Positions 15,673-29,580 of a stretch of DNA of 64,000 nucleotides are shown here, piece by piece. Position numbers and translations under genes: made by a program. A model generated the notes under the pieces. It was not told the origin of the DNA. It made no database searches and was given only the letters and a program-made list of their open reading frames with translations. This DNA is from Tubiluchus corallicola (Eukaryota > Animalia > Priapulida), in assembly GCA_030141605.1 (NCBI GenBank), contig JAQGDQ010001023.1, positions 5,629 to 69,628 on the forward strand. Reading direction: 5' to 3'. Positions within the stretch are counted from its first letter, which is position 1. Every line of letters starts with the position of its first letter.

Positions 15673-16631
15673 GATTTATTCGAGAAAGCAAACGCTTGTA
15701 ATCTCTTGCAATATTGACTCTTAAAAACGAAAATCAAAATGACAATGAAAAAGAACAGATATATTCTAAAAAGGTATTCAAACACTGAAAGATCCAGAAG
15801 CGCCAACAATAGTAAAACGTCAAAGAATACAATAGAGAAGTGCGATTTTGTTCTGCACTCGCTTTTCAACATCGATATCGAGCAATACTTGCAGCAATAT
15901 ATCTCCTTGGAACTCAAAAGTCAAGCTGTAAAGATTAAGGCGGTTAAAACACCTTCTCAGATTACAAACAGAAAAAATCACCCCAAAGAATACCTTAAAA
16001 CCTTGCAAAAAACAACTTAGCAAACCAGAAGATTTACGTTTTTACCTTCAGATAAGAGTGGGTGGAATACTCCAATAACAGAAATGGTACTGTCTACAAC
16101 AGACGAAATGAGACTTTGATGATACTATACGCAGAAGTCTTATAAGTAGCGCCTAACAAGTCATTGGTTTACTGGTACTACAACTGGAACATTCCCATTC
16201 TGTCACAGTAATAGTTATTTGTACAGACGAGGCAAACAAACAAAAAAAAACAAAAAAAAAAAAACAGGTAAAAACAATAAAGCCATGAAAAAGAATGTTT
16301 AATTTTGCATGTTGCACACAGTATAAAAATTTTTCTACAAAAATTGACGCAAACAGCGCGTCTCTCACAGTAAACATTTACTAAACGTGGCAAAATCATT
16401 GCTTTTTAATTGTTTGATATGTTTTTTTTTCTTACACAAAGTTTTGCATCATACAAGAGTATAAGTTGGTTCACAATTTTTGAAAGCCTCCTCTAACTTA
16501 GTTTGCTGCAAAAGCCTGGTGCGTGTGTCCAGACTGTCATACATTTCTGATGAAATAGAGCCAACAAACGTAGTCCAGCAATACAGGCAGTGGTCACGTG
16601 CAAAAATTCAGCCCTCTGATTGGGTACATCT

Positions 16632-16633
<2 letters not shown>

Positions 16634-16697
<64 letters not shown>
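16634..16697. repeat. (GA)n microsatellite
   Basis: Direct observation. Confidence 0.95.
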
Positions 16698-16700
<3 letters not shown>

Positions 16701-17146
16701 AGAAGCATACGCAGAAGTCTTGTAGGTAGCGCCTAACTTTTGAAGATGAGAACGCAATATTGTAAGGTGTCGGAATAATGATGCACTTTTAGAAAGAGAA
16801 AGCCCTAATCTACGTTTCCTACAGTGTAATCTGAATCAGAGTTTATGATTTTTATTAATATTAATAAAAGGTGATACAACAAGGAAGCCATTCAAAACGT
16901 TTTTATTTGCCAAGTAAAATTTTACAAGAATTAAACAAATAGAATTAAAAAACACTCTAAATAAAATTTTAAAATACTTTTAACTAATAATATTAAAAGG
17001 AAATTCTTAATAAAATTCAAAAGAATTAAAAAAGTAGAAACAAACGAATAAATTAAGAAATAAACAAGAAACTAGTAGGATTTCGCTAGAATTGAAAAGG
17101 CAGAGTTTTGTCTAAGTGCGATGTCGTGTAGTGTTATCAGTTAGAG

Positions 17147-19706
17147 TTAGACTGATGTAAGAAACACAATAACTAAAGCGAAAAGCAGAAGCTGGAGAGC
17201 TATGTTCTGATGAACGGAGAATTGACCCGCGGGAAGGAGGGTACCATCACAAAGCTGCTCGGCAGTAACAGACATTTCCTGATGTGTGAACTTAGCTGGT
17301 GTTTCACAATCAAGAAGCGAAACCGCCCATGGCCTGTCTTTGGTCCACTTCAATGCACAGTTACAGTTTAACTTGTTTTCTGAAAAAATAAATAATAAAA
17401 TAAAAATTGTTCTATATAATAATATTTACTGTTACAAATACTTACTGGTTTTATGTAGTATCAGCATTGAAAAGTAACGAGGAGTTTCATTATTTACAGT
17501 CCAATGACACGCCCTTACAGGACTGGATCTGCCACTAGGCAAATTACGCAGTTTCTAGAGCCGGCCCCATTCATATTTTGTTGAGGTCATAAACCAGGGA
17601 TAACACCTCAAGTACTTTTTCCGAGGTAGTCCAGATTATTATTACACGCATCTTACTTCGACCAGTAAGCGGGTCAAGGAAACCAGTGGTACCATTTTAT
17701 AATTCTTTGGTATTACATCGTCGGAATTGAACCCGCGACCTCCCAGAAGGAAATCGAGAACGCTATGCCATTAAGCAAAGATAGTTTAGAAGCAGAAACA
17801 CTGCAGTCCAACTGATTCAACTCCGCACAAGCAAATTTTTTCTTCGTTTACGTATTCAAATTTTGTATAAAACTGGGATCATTCGGAATAGATTTTTCTA
17901 TTGTGCCCCTAGAAAGAACGATTCTATCGTAGGATAGTTTCGAGGTATAAGAATCGCTCCATTTACAACACGGAGCAGATTCATCCTAGAATTTCGTTGT
18001 CTCAGTACATGCACACGGCTTTCAAATTTATATCCACAATTTACATGCAAAATTTGGAGAGAAAAGTCGTCCATCAGAAACATTGTAACATTTTAGGAAC
18101 AAGTCGCAATTTAATTGACTGAACACGCATGCGTGCGTGGTGGACAGAGTCTGGTCTTCTGCCATATGAGTTTTGTGAGCAAAACTGAACTTCAATAAGA
18201 TTTTTAATTTCTATTTCTTATTTTTACTTATTTTTCTTTTAAACATAAGGGGAATCTTCTCCAGACCCCTGTAAAACTTTGGTTAACAAAGCTCTAATTA
18301 TTAATCAAATTATGTCGCTCGTATCATATAAATGAGGCTAGGATTAAGTAATTAAATCTCTTATCAGCCGCAGGATTATACTTCTGAAAGTTCCTTCACC
18401 CCAGCTAGTAAGTCTGATCCTGGGAAAGATGGAATTTTGCCGCCCCTTATGTTGTTTACCTCCGTAATACGCAATCGACGATAATTGTACGTAAAACTTG
18501 AAAGTGATTGTGTCACTTAACATAAGTAACTAAACGAGATACTTCAATCCACGGGAGACTGTAACAACGTAACAGGAGTAAAGAGCCGAGAGGGCGCTTT
18601 TGAAATTTTCTTGGAAACAAAAACCTGGAAGTTCTTGGGGATTTCTGCTTGGCTTCCGATGAAAGAACAGCTCTTCCCTTAGCTCATGTAATAGTAAAAA
18701 GAGCAGTAAATTTGAAATTTAAGCTTGTTACACACAGCAGAACTGTGACAGATTGTGTACAATTGAGACAGGTGGTTGACAATGACGCCACCCGATTTAA
18801 AGCCCCAGTTATTACCAATGGCCAAATGTTATTACAATAATTATACAAATATTTGACAAACAAGAGAATAGAGAAATAGGTCTTTAATTTAAAATTCGTT
18901 GACTGTCACTTTGTTTATATGCTAGGCAAACGTTTGGTGGTTCCCAGATTTTAGCAAAATAACCTGCACATGGAATATTAAATAAACGAGTCAGTGGCTA
19001 ATTTAATGAGGGGGCGCCTGCTTTGAACACATGATTACTAATACCGTCCTGACCAGAGCCTTAATTTTGGAAAGGTTTGGTTTGTAAGATAAGTAAAGTA
19101 AGGTAACTTACTCGTAAGTTCCAACACGGTATTCTTCGGGTCGTGGTCCTCTGCTAACACAGGTTCCTGTATTGTTTCCAGTTTTATGTTAGAGCTAATT
19201 TCAATTTTTTGGATACCTGGAGTGTGCTTAAGGACCAATTTTACTTCCGTTAACTTGTCATTGCCTGTGATGATCACTTCTTCCAGGGTCGCTTGCTCTT
19301 TGTCGATATATTCAGTTGTTATAAAATCGAGTTCAGGATTATCTTTTACTACCAACGCGTCTGTGATCAAACCATGAATGACCATAATTCTCTTTAGCTT
19401 CTCACACCCCTCAAACTCAAGCCTGTTGACGAGCTTTTTTTCAAGAAAATTATCTGGGAGGTCCTCGTCGTCATATTTTGCCGCAATTGTCAGAACTGTC
19501 ATAAAATCTGGCAAAGCTTCTGAAATTGTTTGCAATAAATTCTTGTCGATCACATTGAAATCTCCACATCTAATATTTGTGCACTGTTGATCGTACGAGC
19601 ACTCAGGTCGTTTAACAAGCGTGTCCGCACAACCAGAAGAAAGAATATTTGGACGGGCATGAACAACAGCCAAGAAAGAAGTCAAGATAAGGAAATGTTC
19701 TTGCAT
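17147..19706 (-). CDS. Nested LRR paralog 4: join(19706..19112,17379..17147), 275 aa; same architecture
   Basis: MQEHFLILTSFLAVVHA signal peptide. Donor ACG A|GTAAGT, acceptor tttttcAG. Join gives ...LELTKNKLNCNCALKW...; 828 nt in frame. Confidence 0.9.
17585..17776 (-). mobile_element. tRNA-derived SINE with conserved central ACCAAAGA..AAAATGGTACC domain (MetaSINE-like)
   Basis: Minus strand: GCTTAATGG A-box, GGTTCAATTCC B-box, then ATACCAAAGAATTATAAAATGGTACC; related copies at ~37.4 kb and ~43.7 kb. Family name from recall, unverified. Confidence 0.65.
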
Positions 19707-20894
19707 GGTGCTTTCTGGGGATTTAAACTCACACTAAATTTTCGCAATGAGTTTTTAAAGTCGAACGAGTTAAAATGTATTCCGAATAAAGTAATTGTGA
19801 TGAAATGAGACAAACACTCAATATTGTGAATGGATAAAACAATGGAAACGAAAGTAACGTAACAAAACAGAATTGATTCTGCTAAATTACGTGTTTATTT
19901 TGTTGGCTTCTTTGCACATTTATAGTATAAAAATGCAAAAAGGATATTTTCGTTTGTTTGCAAAGCTAAATGTTTTGATCATATCATTATAAGATATAAA
20001 CATGTAGAATTCGATTTTATCTGAAGTCTTTTCTGTCTTAACATTTACTATTTGTGATGACTTTAAAGTCAATACATAAACTTGTTTTTCGTAAATTATT
20101 TTTAAAGTTAATGTGCGTATCTCACCTTGTTTTTCTCCCAGGAGTTAATACTATAACAGAGTTTTATATCTAGAATCCGACACTGTCCATCATCACATCT
20201 CACTTCTGTTTTTCTAGTATGTTTAACGATGCTATAACAGCAGACTGGTCGCTATTTTTGCTGTACGCTAACTAACGTGGAGATTTTTCAATAACAATTT
20301 TTTGGAAAGTTATATTAGCTTTAAGGGCTAAAGTTAACACACTAAAAATTGACAAATTAGTACCAACATTTATGACTGTAACTTAATATGAGGTCTAACA
20401 CATTTATTAATGCGTTTCAATATGACGTTTAACTAGAACTTTTAGAAGTTCGTGATGTGGCGCCACTGTACCGTCAAACAAATTCGAGAAAGTTGTAGTT
20501 ATTTGTGGTTTAGTTAATTACATTTCCAAACTTTGAAACACAGACAATGTGAAAAAAATTAAATCGAGCCTGGACTACACTAAAACAGATTTAAAAGAAA
20601 ATAAAATTAACCAAAAAATAATTAAATAAAACAGATAAATAAGAGAAAATAGAAGAAATACGCACTAATCATCAATGGTTATGAAAAATTTTTAAATTAT
20701 TGAAAACTGATTCTGAATGACAAATTTACGTGCTATTGATTTCTGAATATTGCAATAAAATAGTATTTTAAATTGCTATTATTTTTGCTTACATTGTTCT
20801 ACCAGATTCATCATCCAAGCACCTTATCTCACACAAATAAATTTTCTTTCAAAATTTCGAGTTCTTATTTTCTGCAGTCGAAATCACGATTCCT

Positions 20895-21441
20895 GAGAAT
20901 CCGGTGTAAAAACCCGCGTCGACGCGCACGTGTCAATCACACGATCCATGAGAATCCGGTGTAAAAACCCGCGTCGATGCGCACGTGTAAATCACAAGAT
21001 CCATGAGAATCCGGTGTAAAAATCCGCGTCGATGCGCACGTGTAAATCACACTATCCATGAGAATCCGGTGTAAAAACCCGCGTCGACGCGCACGTGTAA
21101 ATCACACGATCCATGAGAATCCGGTGTAAAAACCCGCGTCGATGCGCACGTGTCAATCACAAGATCCATGAGAATCCTGTGTAAAAACCCGCGTCGACGC
21201 GCACGTGTAAATCACAAGATCCATGAGAATCCTGTGTAAAAACCCGCGTCGATGCGCACGTGTAAATCACAAGATCCATGAGAATCCGGTGTAAAAACCC
21301 GCGTCGACGCGCACGTGTCAATCACAAGATCCATGAGAATCCGGTGTAAAAACCCGCGTCGACGCGCACGTGTCAATCACACGATCCACGAGAATCCGGT
21401 GTAAAAACCCGCGTCGACGCGCACGTGTAAATCACACGATC
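20895..21441. repeat. 55-bp tandem repeat, 10 copies, CpG-rich, with palindrome CGCGTCGACGCG and CACGTG
   Basis: Units at 20895, 20950, 21005 ... 21390. Confidence 0.95.
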
Positions 21442-21811
21442 ATTTAAAAATCGCGCACAACAAAAGCATAAAAAGTTTTTATTTAAACAAAATGACCGAA
21501 TCAGCAAAACGACTTTGAGGCAGTGTCACGTGACATGGCTGCTAAGCTCTGCGAGTAACACAGATGCTGCGCTGCGTGCTATACAACTGTAACTTTTGTC
21601 GTCACAAATAATTACGACAAAATTAATTACCCAAAATCATATATACAACATCGTAATGCCAATTATGATCTTGGCTATTATCACGAGAAACTGCCATTGT
21701 ATCATTGCGGTGCCATCAACACCATTCTGAAGTAAATCAGTTTATAAATCAGTTTATAATCAATTTATAATGCATCTGTTAGATTACACGAAAATATTCA
21801 AAAATACTTAC

Positions 21812-21883
21812 AATGCGTTTAGTCGTGGAGTCCCTGAAAATGCGCCGGATGGAAGTGATTTCAATCTGTTGTGATTTAAATTT
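21812..21883 (-). CDS. Host LRR gene, 72-nt LRR exon (NLNHNRLKSLPSGAFSGTPRLNAL)
   Basis: ttcttctttcAG acceptor, GTAAGT donor, 72 nt, phase 2/2, textbook typical LRR. Confidence 0.92.
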
Positions 21884-21938
21884 CTGAAAGAAGAAGAAAA
21901 TTCAAAATTATACACACGTAGCAATGATCCTCTCTTCC

Positions 21939-21989
<51 letters not shown>

Positions 21990-22089
21990 CTTCCGCGCTT
22001 TCTCACTTTCTCTCTTCTCTCTCCATCTCTTTTTCTCTCTCTATTTCTTTCTCTCTCTCTTACTCCCTTTCTGTCTCTCTTTTCTCATT

Positions 22090-24400
22090 TGTAATGGTTC
22101 ACCTGTAGTCTCGGCCTCGGATAGTGCTGATTTATTATATAAGACTTTTTTTAGTGGGGAACACATGAACGGGGAAGAATTTGATGAAAACTGGAAAAAT
22201 CACATTGAACGCTCATTATCAGTTATGGACTGGGAGCAAAACGAAAATTTTTGTCTAAATAACTGGTTTAATTTACAAGAATTAGAAAATGCTGTAAGTG
22301 AAGTGCGAACTGAAGGCAAGTCGCTTGACTCCGATGGGTTTCATAAAACATTTTGGGCCAGTCGCAAAAAATATTGTTTTACGTATTGCAAATATGTGCT
22401 TAGAGAAACAATTATGGCCTCGGACGTGCACAAAAGTAATTCCACTAAAAAAACCTAACAAAATCGATTATTCAAATGCCAGTAATTATCGTCCAATAAC
22501 CATTTCTTCGTATATAGGTAAACTTGTTGAGCGTTTAATATAAAATAGACTTAAAAATCATTTCTTTCAGTTAAACTGCATTGATACAGAGCAAGAAGGC
22601 TTCACAAAAGGCAAAAATACAGTACGTTATTTAACCAGATTAGTTACTGATATGGAAGACGACATTTTGAACAATGCATACGGTATAACAATTTGCTGTG
22701 ATTACGAAAAATCGTTCGACAGTGTTTGGGTTGAAGGTTTATTATTTAAACTTATTTGTGCAAATGTACGAGGGTCTATGTTACGCCTTATAGCATATAT
22801 ATTACAAAATCGCAATATTTGCAAAAAGGTAAATGATTATACGTCCAATCAATATCGATGTAATTTATGACTTCCACAGGGGTCAGTTATAGCCCCAATA
22901 CTGTTTATATTTTTCATTGCCGATATGTTTTATAACATGCATGACTCTGTTAAAGTACAAGTATGTTGATGATGGATCTTTGCAAGTGTCAAATACAGAC
23001 CCGCAAACCTGTGTTACAATTGCATAAAGCTGTTGTGATGTGCTTCACAAATGGTGCCAGAAATGGCGTTTAAAGATAAATACGTTACCTGGTAAGACAG
23101 AAGCATTGCTAGAAGGGGCATGGGATGAAAATAACAAGCCAGACAATTTAAAAATTAGTAACAATGAAATATTACAATAAAAGCAGAATATTAAACTGTT
23201 GATCGGAAATTAACATTTGCTAAACACGCGGGTAATGTTCATAAAAAGGTATGGTACAGATGGCGGAAAGTAAAAAACAATTGCAGTAAATATGCAGGTT
23301 TGCGACTTGCTACCATTGTAAATATTTATAAAACTACTATTTTGCCGATTATACTGTACGGTGCTATTGCATGGTTAAGTAAAAAACTTTCTGTATTTGA
23401 AGATATAATTTATGATATAATTAAAGTTGCTGCGGGGTCTGCTTTTAAACCAGATCGAACTAAATTAGAAATGCTTTATGGTCTTCCACCGTTAGACATT
23501 GAATTAAATGTAATTGTTGTTAAATCTTGTCTTAAGACGTTATGTCAGAGCGCTGATGATTTAGCTAAACAAAAGATTCCGCGGTATGGTAGTGCACGTC
23601 TGACAGGAAGGCATATTTATAAAAATATTATGTATACACATGCGCAGACTGTGAGACACTTTTTAAAATTTGTCTGGAAGATCTTGAAGAAATTCCTGAA
23701 AATATGTTAAAGTATACTAAACGTCAAATTATGGATTATGTTTATTGTACCTGGTCAACTAAATATAGGCATGTTATGCAATTTCGAGGAGAAAATGTTG
23801 AAATACAGAATATAAAATGTGAACCCTTGAATTTGCCGCTTGGAAATAATGAAAGGAAAATAGAATCCATTACCATGTCTTTTTTAACTGGCCAGGGGAA
23901 TTTTAACAGCTTTTTGCATAGACTTAATATGTGTGATACTAGTTTATGTCCATGTGGAGAAGAAGAGCAAACTCCTCAGCACATTTTATTCAGATGCAAT
24001 AAAGTAGATAATACAAAAAGAATGCGTTTCATTGAAATAGCTGATGCCAATTATACACGTAATATTATGCTTCAATCTGATAAAAATTTAATAATGGCTT
24101 TCACTAACCTGATCAGAGACAATTTTATACTAAGTAATTGTTAATTTAGGCCCGCTCGAGTATATAAAAATAAATTATGTAGTTGTGTAAAGTTAATTTG
24201 TTTGTATAATACTTGTGATTCGTTTGAAATTATATCTAATTTAAGTATAAAATGTTATTCGTTGTACATAGTATGAAACTGGATTTAAAAGATTTGTTAT
24301 ATGAAAATGTAATTTATTGATCTGAGCCTGCAAAAAGAGGCGCCTTTGTGTATATATGTTCATTACTTTAATAAAGATTTATTATTATAATTATTGTAAA
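22090..24400 (+). mobile_element. 5'-truncated, degenerate non-LTR retrotransposon (RT domain plus C-terminal CCHC-type knuckle) flanked by (CT)n tracts
   Basis: Motifs NYRPITISSYIGKLVER, QEGF, DYEKSFDSV, LPQGSVIAPILF, YVDD, WCQKWRLKIN, CPCGEEEQTPQHILFRC across several frames with stops; AATAAA and AT-rich 3' end; CT repeats at 21929-22087 and 24410-24470. Confidence 0.92.
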
Positions 24401-24417
24401 AAATATATAATCTCCTT

Positions 24418-24471
<54 letters not shown>

Positions 24472-25541
24472 GGAATAAATAATTATTCGCCAAAAATAAT
24501 CAGAATTGAACAATGATTAATTTTAATGAAAACAAGATCATTAAAACGAGATCAAAACAAGATCATTGATCATTCATGACATTTGGAAGAGAACTCTTAT
24601 CAGCTTCTCCAACGCATTTAATATGCTTATGAGAGCGTCTCTGACAGCTGCAGTTATGATAATATGTCAATTAATAAATCACCTCAAGTGTAAACTAAGA
24701 GAGGAACTCTGTATCAGTTAGGAAAGTTTGGCCCGTATTGCTTTGAACTTCCGAGAGACGTGCGATTCGATCATGAATTGAGGGCTTGGTAGCCAGCTGA
24801 CCCAGAAAGGTTCTTTTCTTTCGCTCTTCCTTCTTTTCTTTCTTTCTTCTCTCCGTCGTCTTTGTCTAAGTACAACACGCACATCAACGTTCCAGCTTCA
24901 AGTGGAATCTCAGCTTCCCGGCTTCACAGCACACTGCAACCGCTGAGATTAACTCTTTCGTTAAAACGCTCTCTCAAACTCATTGCGCATTCAGCTGCAG
25001 GACCAGCAGCGGGAGGCTGCGCTAATTACATCATCATCTCAGCATCTTTTGACTACAGCTGGTCGAAATTTATGAGAAATTCACGCAATTCAGCGATTGA
25101 GGGTACTACATTAAATTAAATCTCGTCAAATATGCCGTGGAAATTGACGATGCGCGTAGGATGCGAAAGCAGAGTATCTGTCCCGTTGCTAGGCAAGTCA
25201 CCTTCAATCAAACGAGCAATAGAGCGTGAGATAATAATTGGTCAACAATTGGTGCGATTAGAGAATAATTGTCGCAAATCGTAACACTTTTACATCAGCG
25301 CCAGCAACAACAAAATGGTCACGTTGCCACCTTAGTTATCCAATGGACGGGTGATTGAGGGTGGGGATGGGGTTGTTGTTGGGGCTTATCAGCCATACTG
25401 CCTGCGCGATCTTTTCCTCCTTGATAGAGCATGTCTAATATACAGCCACACGAGGCTAAGGAACCTTTCAGTTTGGTTTCACAGAGTGGGTTATCTCTGT
25501 TAACGATAAATGTTCCGGCAACTTACCTACCGGACGCACAA

Positions 25542-26330
25542 TCAACTATCTATCTGCCATTGACTGCTGGATGCCAGATTACAGTTTACTAAGCTGTATT
25601 AAAATACATCAAGTCAACTATCTATCTGCCATTGACTGCTGGATGCAAGATTACAGTTTACTAAGCTGTATTAAAATACATCAAGTCAACTATCTATCTG
25701 CCATTGACTGCTGGATGCAAGATTACAGTTTACTACGCTGTATTAAAATACATCAAGTCAACTATCTATCTGCCATTGACTGCTGGATGCAAGATTACAG
25801 TTTACTAAGCTGTATTAAAATACATCAAGTCAACTATCTATCTGCCATTGACTGCTGGATGCAAGATTACAGTTTACTAAGCTGTATTAAAATACATCAA
25901 GTCAACTATCTATCTGCCATTGACTGCTGGATGCAAGATTACAGTTTACTACGCTGTATTAAAATACATCAAGTCAACTATCTATCTGCCATTGACTGCT
26001 GGATGCAAGATTACAGTTTACTAAGCTGTATTAAAATACATCAAGTCAACTATCTATCTGCCATTGACTGCTGGATGCAAGATTACAGTTTACTAAGCTG
26101 TATTAAAATACATCAAGTCATCTATTTATCTGCCATTGACTGCTGGATGCTAGACTACAGTTTACTAAGCTGTATTAAAATACATCAAGTCATCTATTTA
26201 TCTGCCATTGACTGCTGGATACCAGATTACAGTTTACTAAGCTGTATTAAAATACATCAACACATCTGTCATTGACTGCTGGATACCAGATTACAGTTTA
26301 CTAAGCTGTATTAAAATACATCAAGTCATC
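25542..26330. repeat. 69-bp tandem repeat, ~11 copies
   Basis: 23-aa periodicity of ORF 25571-26275 reflects the DNA unit. Confidence 0.95.
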
Positions 26331-26594
26331 TCTCTGTAATTTCTTGACAAAGCACAATTTATTTAGAAAAAAGTATTGGCATCTCATTTAAAAAATAATG
26401 CAATCACTTTAATGACTGTTTCAAGACATTTAGTTTTTTCCCAAACCTATGTACTGGTGAAAAATGTCAATGAAAGCTTTTGCACACTGTATATCACACT
26501 AAAAAAACCAGCCACTGGCACAACATCGAACTGCGTGATTTATTGGTCGTTAAAGTTGATGTAACAAGAAAAACTAATATGAATTTATACTTAC

Positions 26595-26666
26595 AGAAAA
26601 TCCAGTGAAATAAACCCAGCTAGAGAAATCCGAGAAAGTTGCGAAATTTGATTGAACTCGAGGCTC
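26595..26666 (-). CDS. Host LRR gene, 72-nt LRR exon (SLEFNQISQLSRISLAGFISLDFL)
   Basis: ttttttattatctAG acceptor, GTAAGT donor, 72 nt, phase 2/2, LxxNxIxxL pattern. Confidence 0.85.
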
Positions 26667-29269
26667 CTAGATAATAAAAAAACAACAGTAGTGAACAAAC
26701 TAGATCAATTTAAAATGAAACTAAAACATCGCATTCATACAAAGAAAATCTTACTCTCATTACGAATACTCAGTTTATTTTATTATAAACTTTTTGTAAA
26801 AATTGTTTCATTTTTTATTTTTTGATTTTTAATCACTTCACTATTAGCGGTTTAAATTTGAAGAATGGCCATTTTTCATTGCGCGAGGCAAACGACAGTC
26901 ACGATGTCACCAAAGATCAGGTCAACAAACGTCGGTAACCAAAGACATTTTCTGTACCTCATACGTCATTCTCGCTCGCGCAAAAGATGGGAAACATGGC
27001 GATCTTTACGGCAATGCACGCGTTTGAAATTCGACGTTATTTAACTTATAAGGTTCTTTTGTTTACTAATTACTATGAATTCTTTGTAATCATAATTAAA
27101 ACAGGTCTTGGTTTTGGTTAAACTGGCCTTTAATTGAAAATAAATACCGATAATTAGACTTATTTGAATTTTTTAGGCGAATCTCAGTTTCGCTGTCTTA
27201 ATGTTTTCCAGATTTGAATTTGCAAGATTGTGTAAAAGCTTTCTGACTGTTTGCAACTGAAAAACAAGTTTTTTATCAAGAACAAACAATGAAAGAATGT
27301 GCCCTTCGTCTAGTTAAACAGGGTCAATCATAACAATCTTCTAATATAACGTAGCATTTTTTCTTTGCTGGCTGAATTCTCCCAATCACAAACTTTATCC
27401 AGTTCCTAACCAAACACGACAGATGACAACCAGGTGAAAAAAGACATAATGCTACGAAATAATATTATTATCCAACTTCTCGAGAAATGAAATCTTAGAC
27501 CTTGACAATTTAAAGCTCAAAAAACGTATTTATTGCAGCCGTATAACTAATCAGAATAACCAGACCTCATTCTGGTTTTGAATTACTAACATAATTATTT
27601 GCTTAATGCGTTTAAATGAGAAATTTTGAACAAAACGGATTGCCTATTTCTGCTTTACTTGGAGGAAGACAAGATACCAAACATCTTAGTGTCTTGGTGG
27701 CTTCGCGTGTGTATATTTCACTGTGAAATGATTCAAATTCAGTTCAATTCAGATTTCTTTCTCCACGAGGTTCAAATTTGTCCAACACTAAGTATTGTTG
27801 AGCAATGAAAATAGCGGCAACTTAAAATAAAGTTTATACACTATTACGAATCGAACCCGCAACAGACGAGATGAGCTGAATGGTCAATGGACTTGCTATA
27901 CGATTTTATACCTGACTTACGTCAAATGTGATTCATGGCAGGTTAATGTTCAATACAGAACTGGAGAACCCTATAGTTAAGATTTGAGATTCAAGATTAA
28001 TTAGACTTAAAAATTGCCTAGTTTTAGCACAACACACTGAATATGTACTGTACTTTCGCGCTGTATTTCAATTTTCGCTTTCGCAAGCACATGTAACACG
28101 CTCCTGGAATATTTTTGCTGTTGAAAATTATGTTAGTTTGTGATGTAGTCAATAGTTGGGCTTGCCCGCCGTTAATAAAGTTTTTAATTTATTGTCTAAT
28201 TATCAGAAACGCTTTAGCAGCTTTAATCGTGTTAAAATATATACTTTATATCGAACTTATATAGGAAAAATCACCCTGTCTTCCCTTAAACAGAGCTGCA
28301 GCTGACGGTATAAAACTATGTATTTTTATATCTACTTGATCTCATTTTTGGCAAGATGAGTTAGAAGGTTTTGAATAATTTAATATTAGTAGCAGTGTAG
28401 ATTCTAATTTAATATAGTTTAGTGATTTACTGTCTCAATTCTAAAGATACTTCTTTTGTTGCAAGAATATTTGCTTGTAATTATTTTCATAGTAAGCAAA
28501 TCTGAGACTCTTTTTCGAATACCTTTATAGGTACGCTCTAAACAATTTCGTTCCTCAGCAGATATTTTAGAATAAAAATAATTGAAGTTATAATCCTTAT
28601 TAAAGCTGCACTTATTATATGTGCTGTTATTGGGCGCCTAACTGATTCAGACTTTTTCAAATCTGATAAAAATGATAGAATGTCGACAAAAACAAATGGG
28701 ATTTTCGAGAGAGAGGTGCCTACTCTAATGTAGATTAGTCTCTTTTCAACAAGTTGACGTTAAAAAGTCTTTTTGTCAAAACTTGTCTAGACATTAATGA
28801 GACTTTATGCTCACAGATGGAGCTCAGGCAGAAACAAACACGCAATTTCATGGAGAAGGACGTCTCAAGGAGAGTTTCTCAGTTATAGGAAAAGAATGTT
28901 AATGCTGAAGTTTTATCAAGTCTGGAACGTCAAAACTTCTGTCTCTTTAGTTTTTGCTATCTTCGTCTCCTTTTAATTCCTTGTTTATCAATTAATATTA
29001 TTGATATCACTGATTTATTATATTGATTGACATCGTGTTAATAACTAACTTATTAACTCCTAATTGATCAGCTTTAGCGTAATCTTAATATGTATACTGT
29101 TTTGCTACAAGGAAAGTGGAGAAGAGACGAGAAGAAAAAGGGGAAGGTGCGGAAGAGAAGGGTTGCAGTGAGATAAGACGAGACGGGACGGGACGAGACG
29201 AGATACCTGGAGGATAAAATAATCAGGCGTTGCTTTTGTGCGACCTTCAGTGTTATTATTGATGTTGGC

Positions 29270-29580
29270 ATCATCATCATCATCACCATTATGGTCATCA
29301 TCATCATGCTCATCGTCATTATTGTCATCATGATTATCATCACTTCCACTACCAATACCACCAACACCACCATTACCATCACCACCATCATCAACATCAA
29401 ATCATCACCACCAACATCATCACCTCCACCGCCATTATTATCGTCATCAATATTATCAACATCTTTATCATCTTCATTTCGTCCAAACAACCACCACCAC
29501 TACCACCACCATCAGCACCACCGACACATCCACCGCCATTATCATAATCATCATCGTCGTCGTCGTCATCATCATCATTA
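29270..29580. repeat. (CAT/CAC)n trinucleotide low-complexity tract
   Basis: Direct observation. Confidence 0.9.

Noticed and set aside
16365-16430. LRR-like peptide KHIKQLKSNDFATFSKCLL on minus strand
   Set aside because: Acceptor and donor phases are inconsistent, the Asn is missing, and the length is wrong.
25571-26275. 23-aa repeat ORF resembling an LRR (QVNYLSAI)
   Set aside because: Near-identical 69-bp DNA units on the strand opposite the LRR genes, no splice or signal context; minisatellite.
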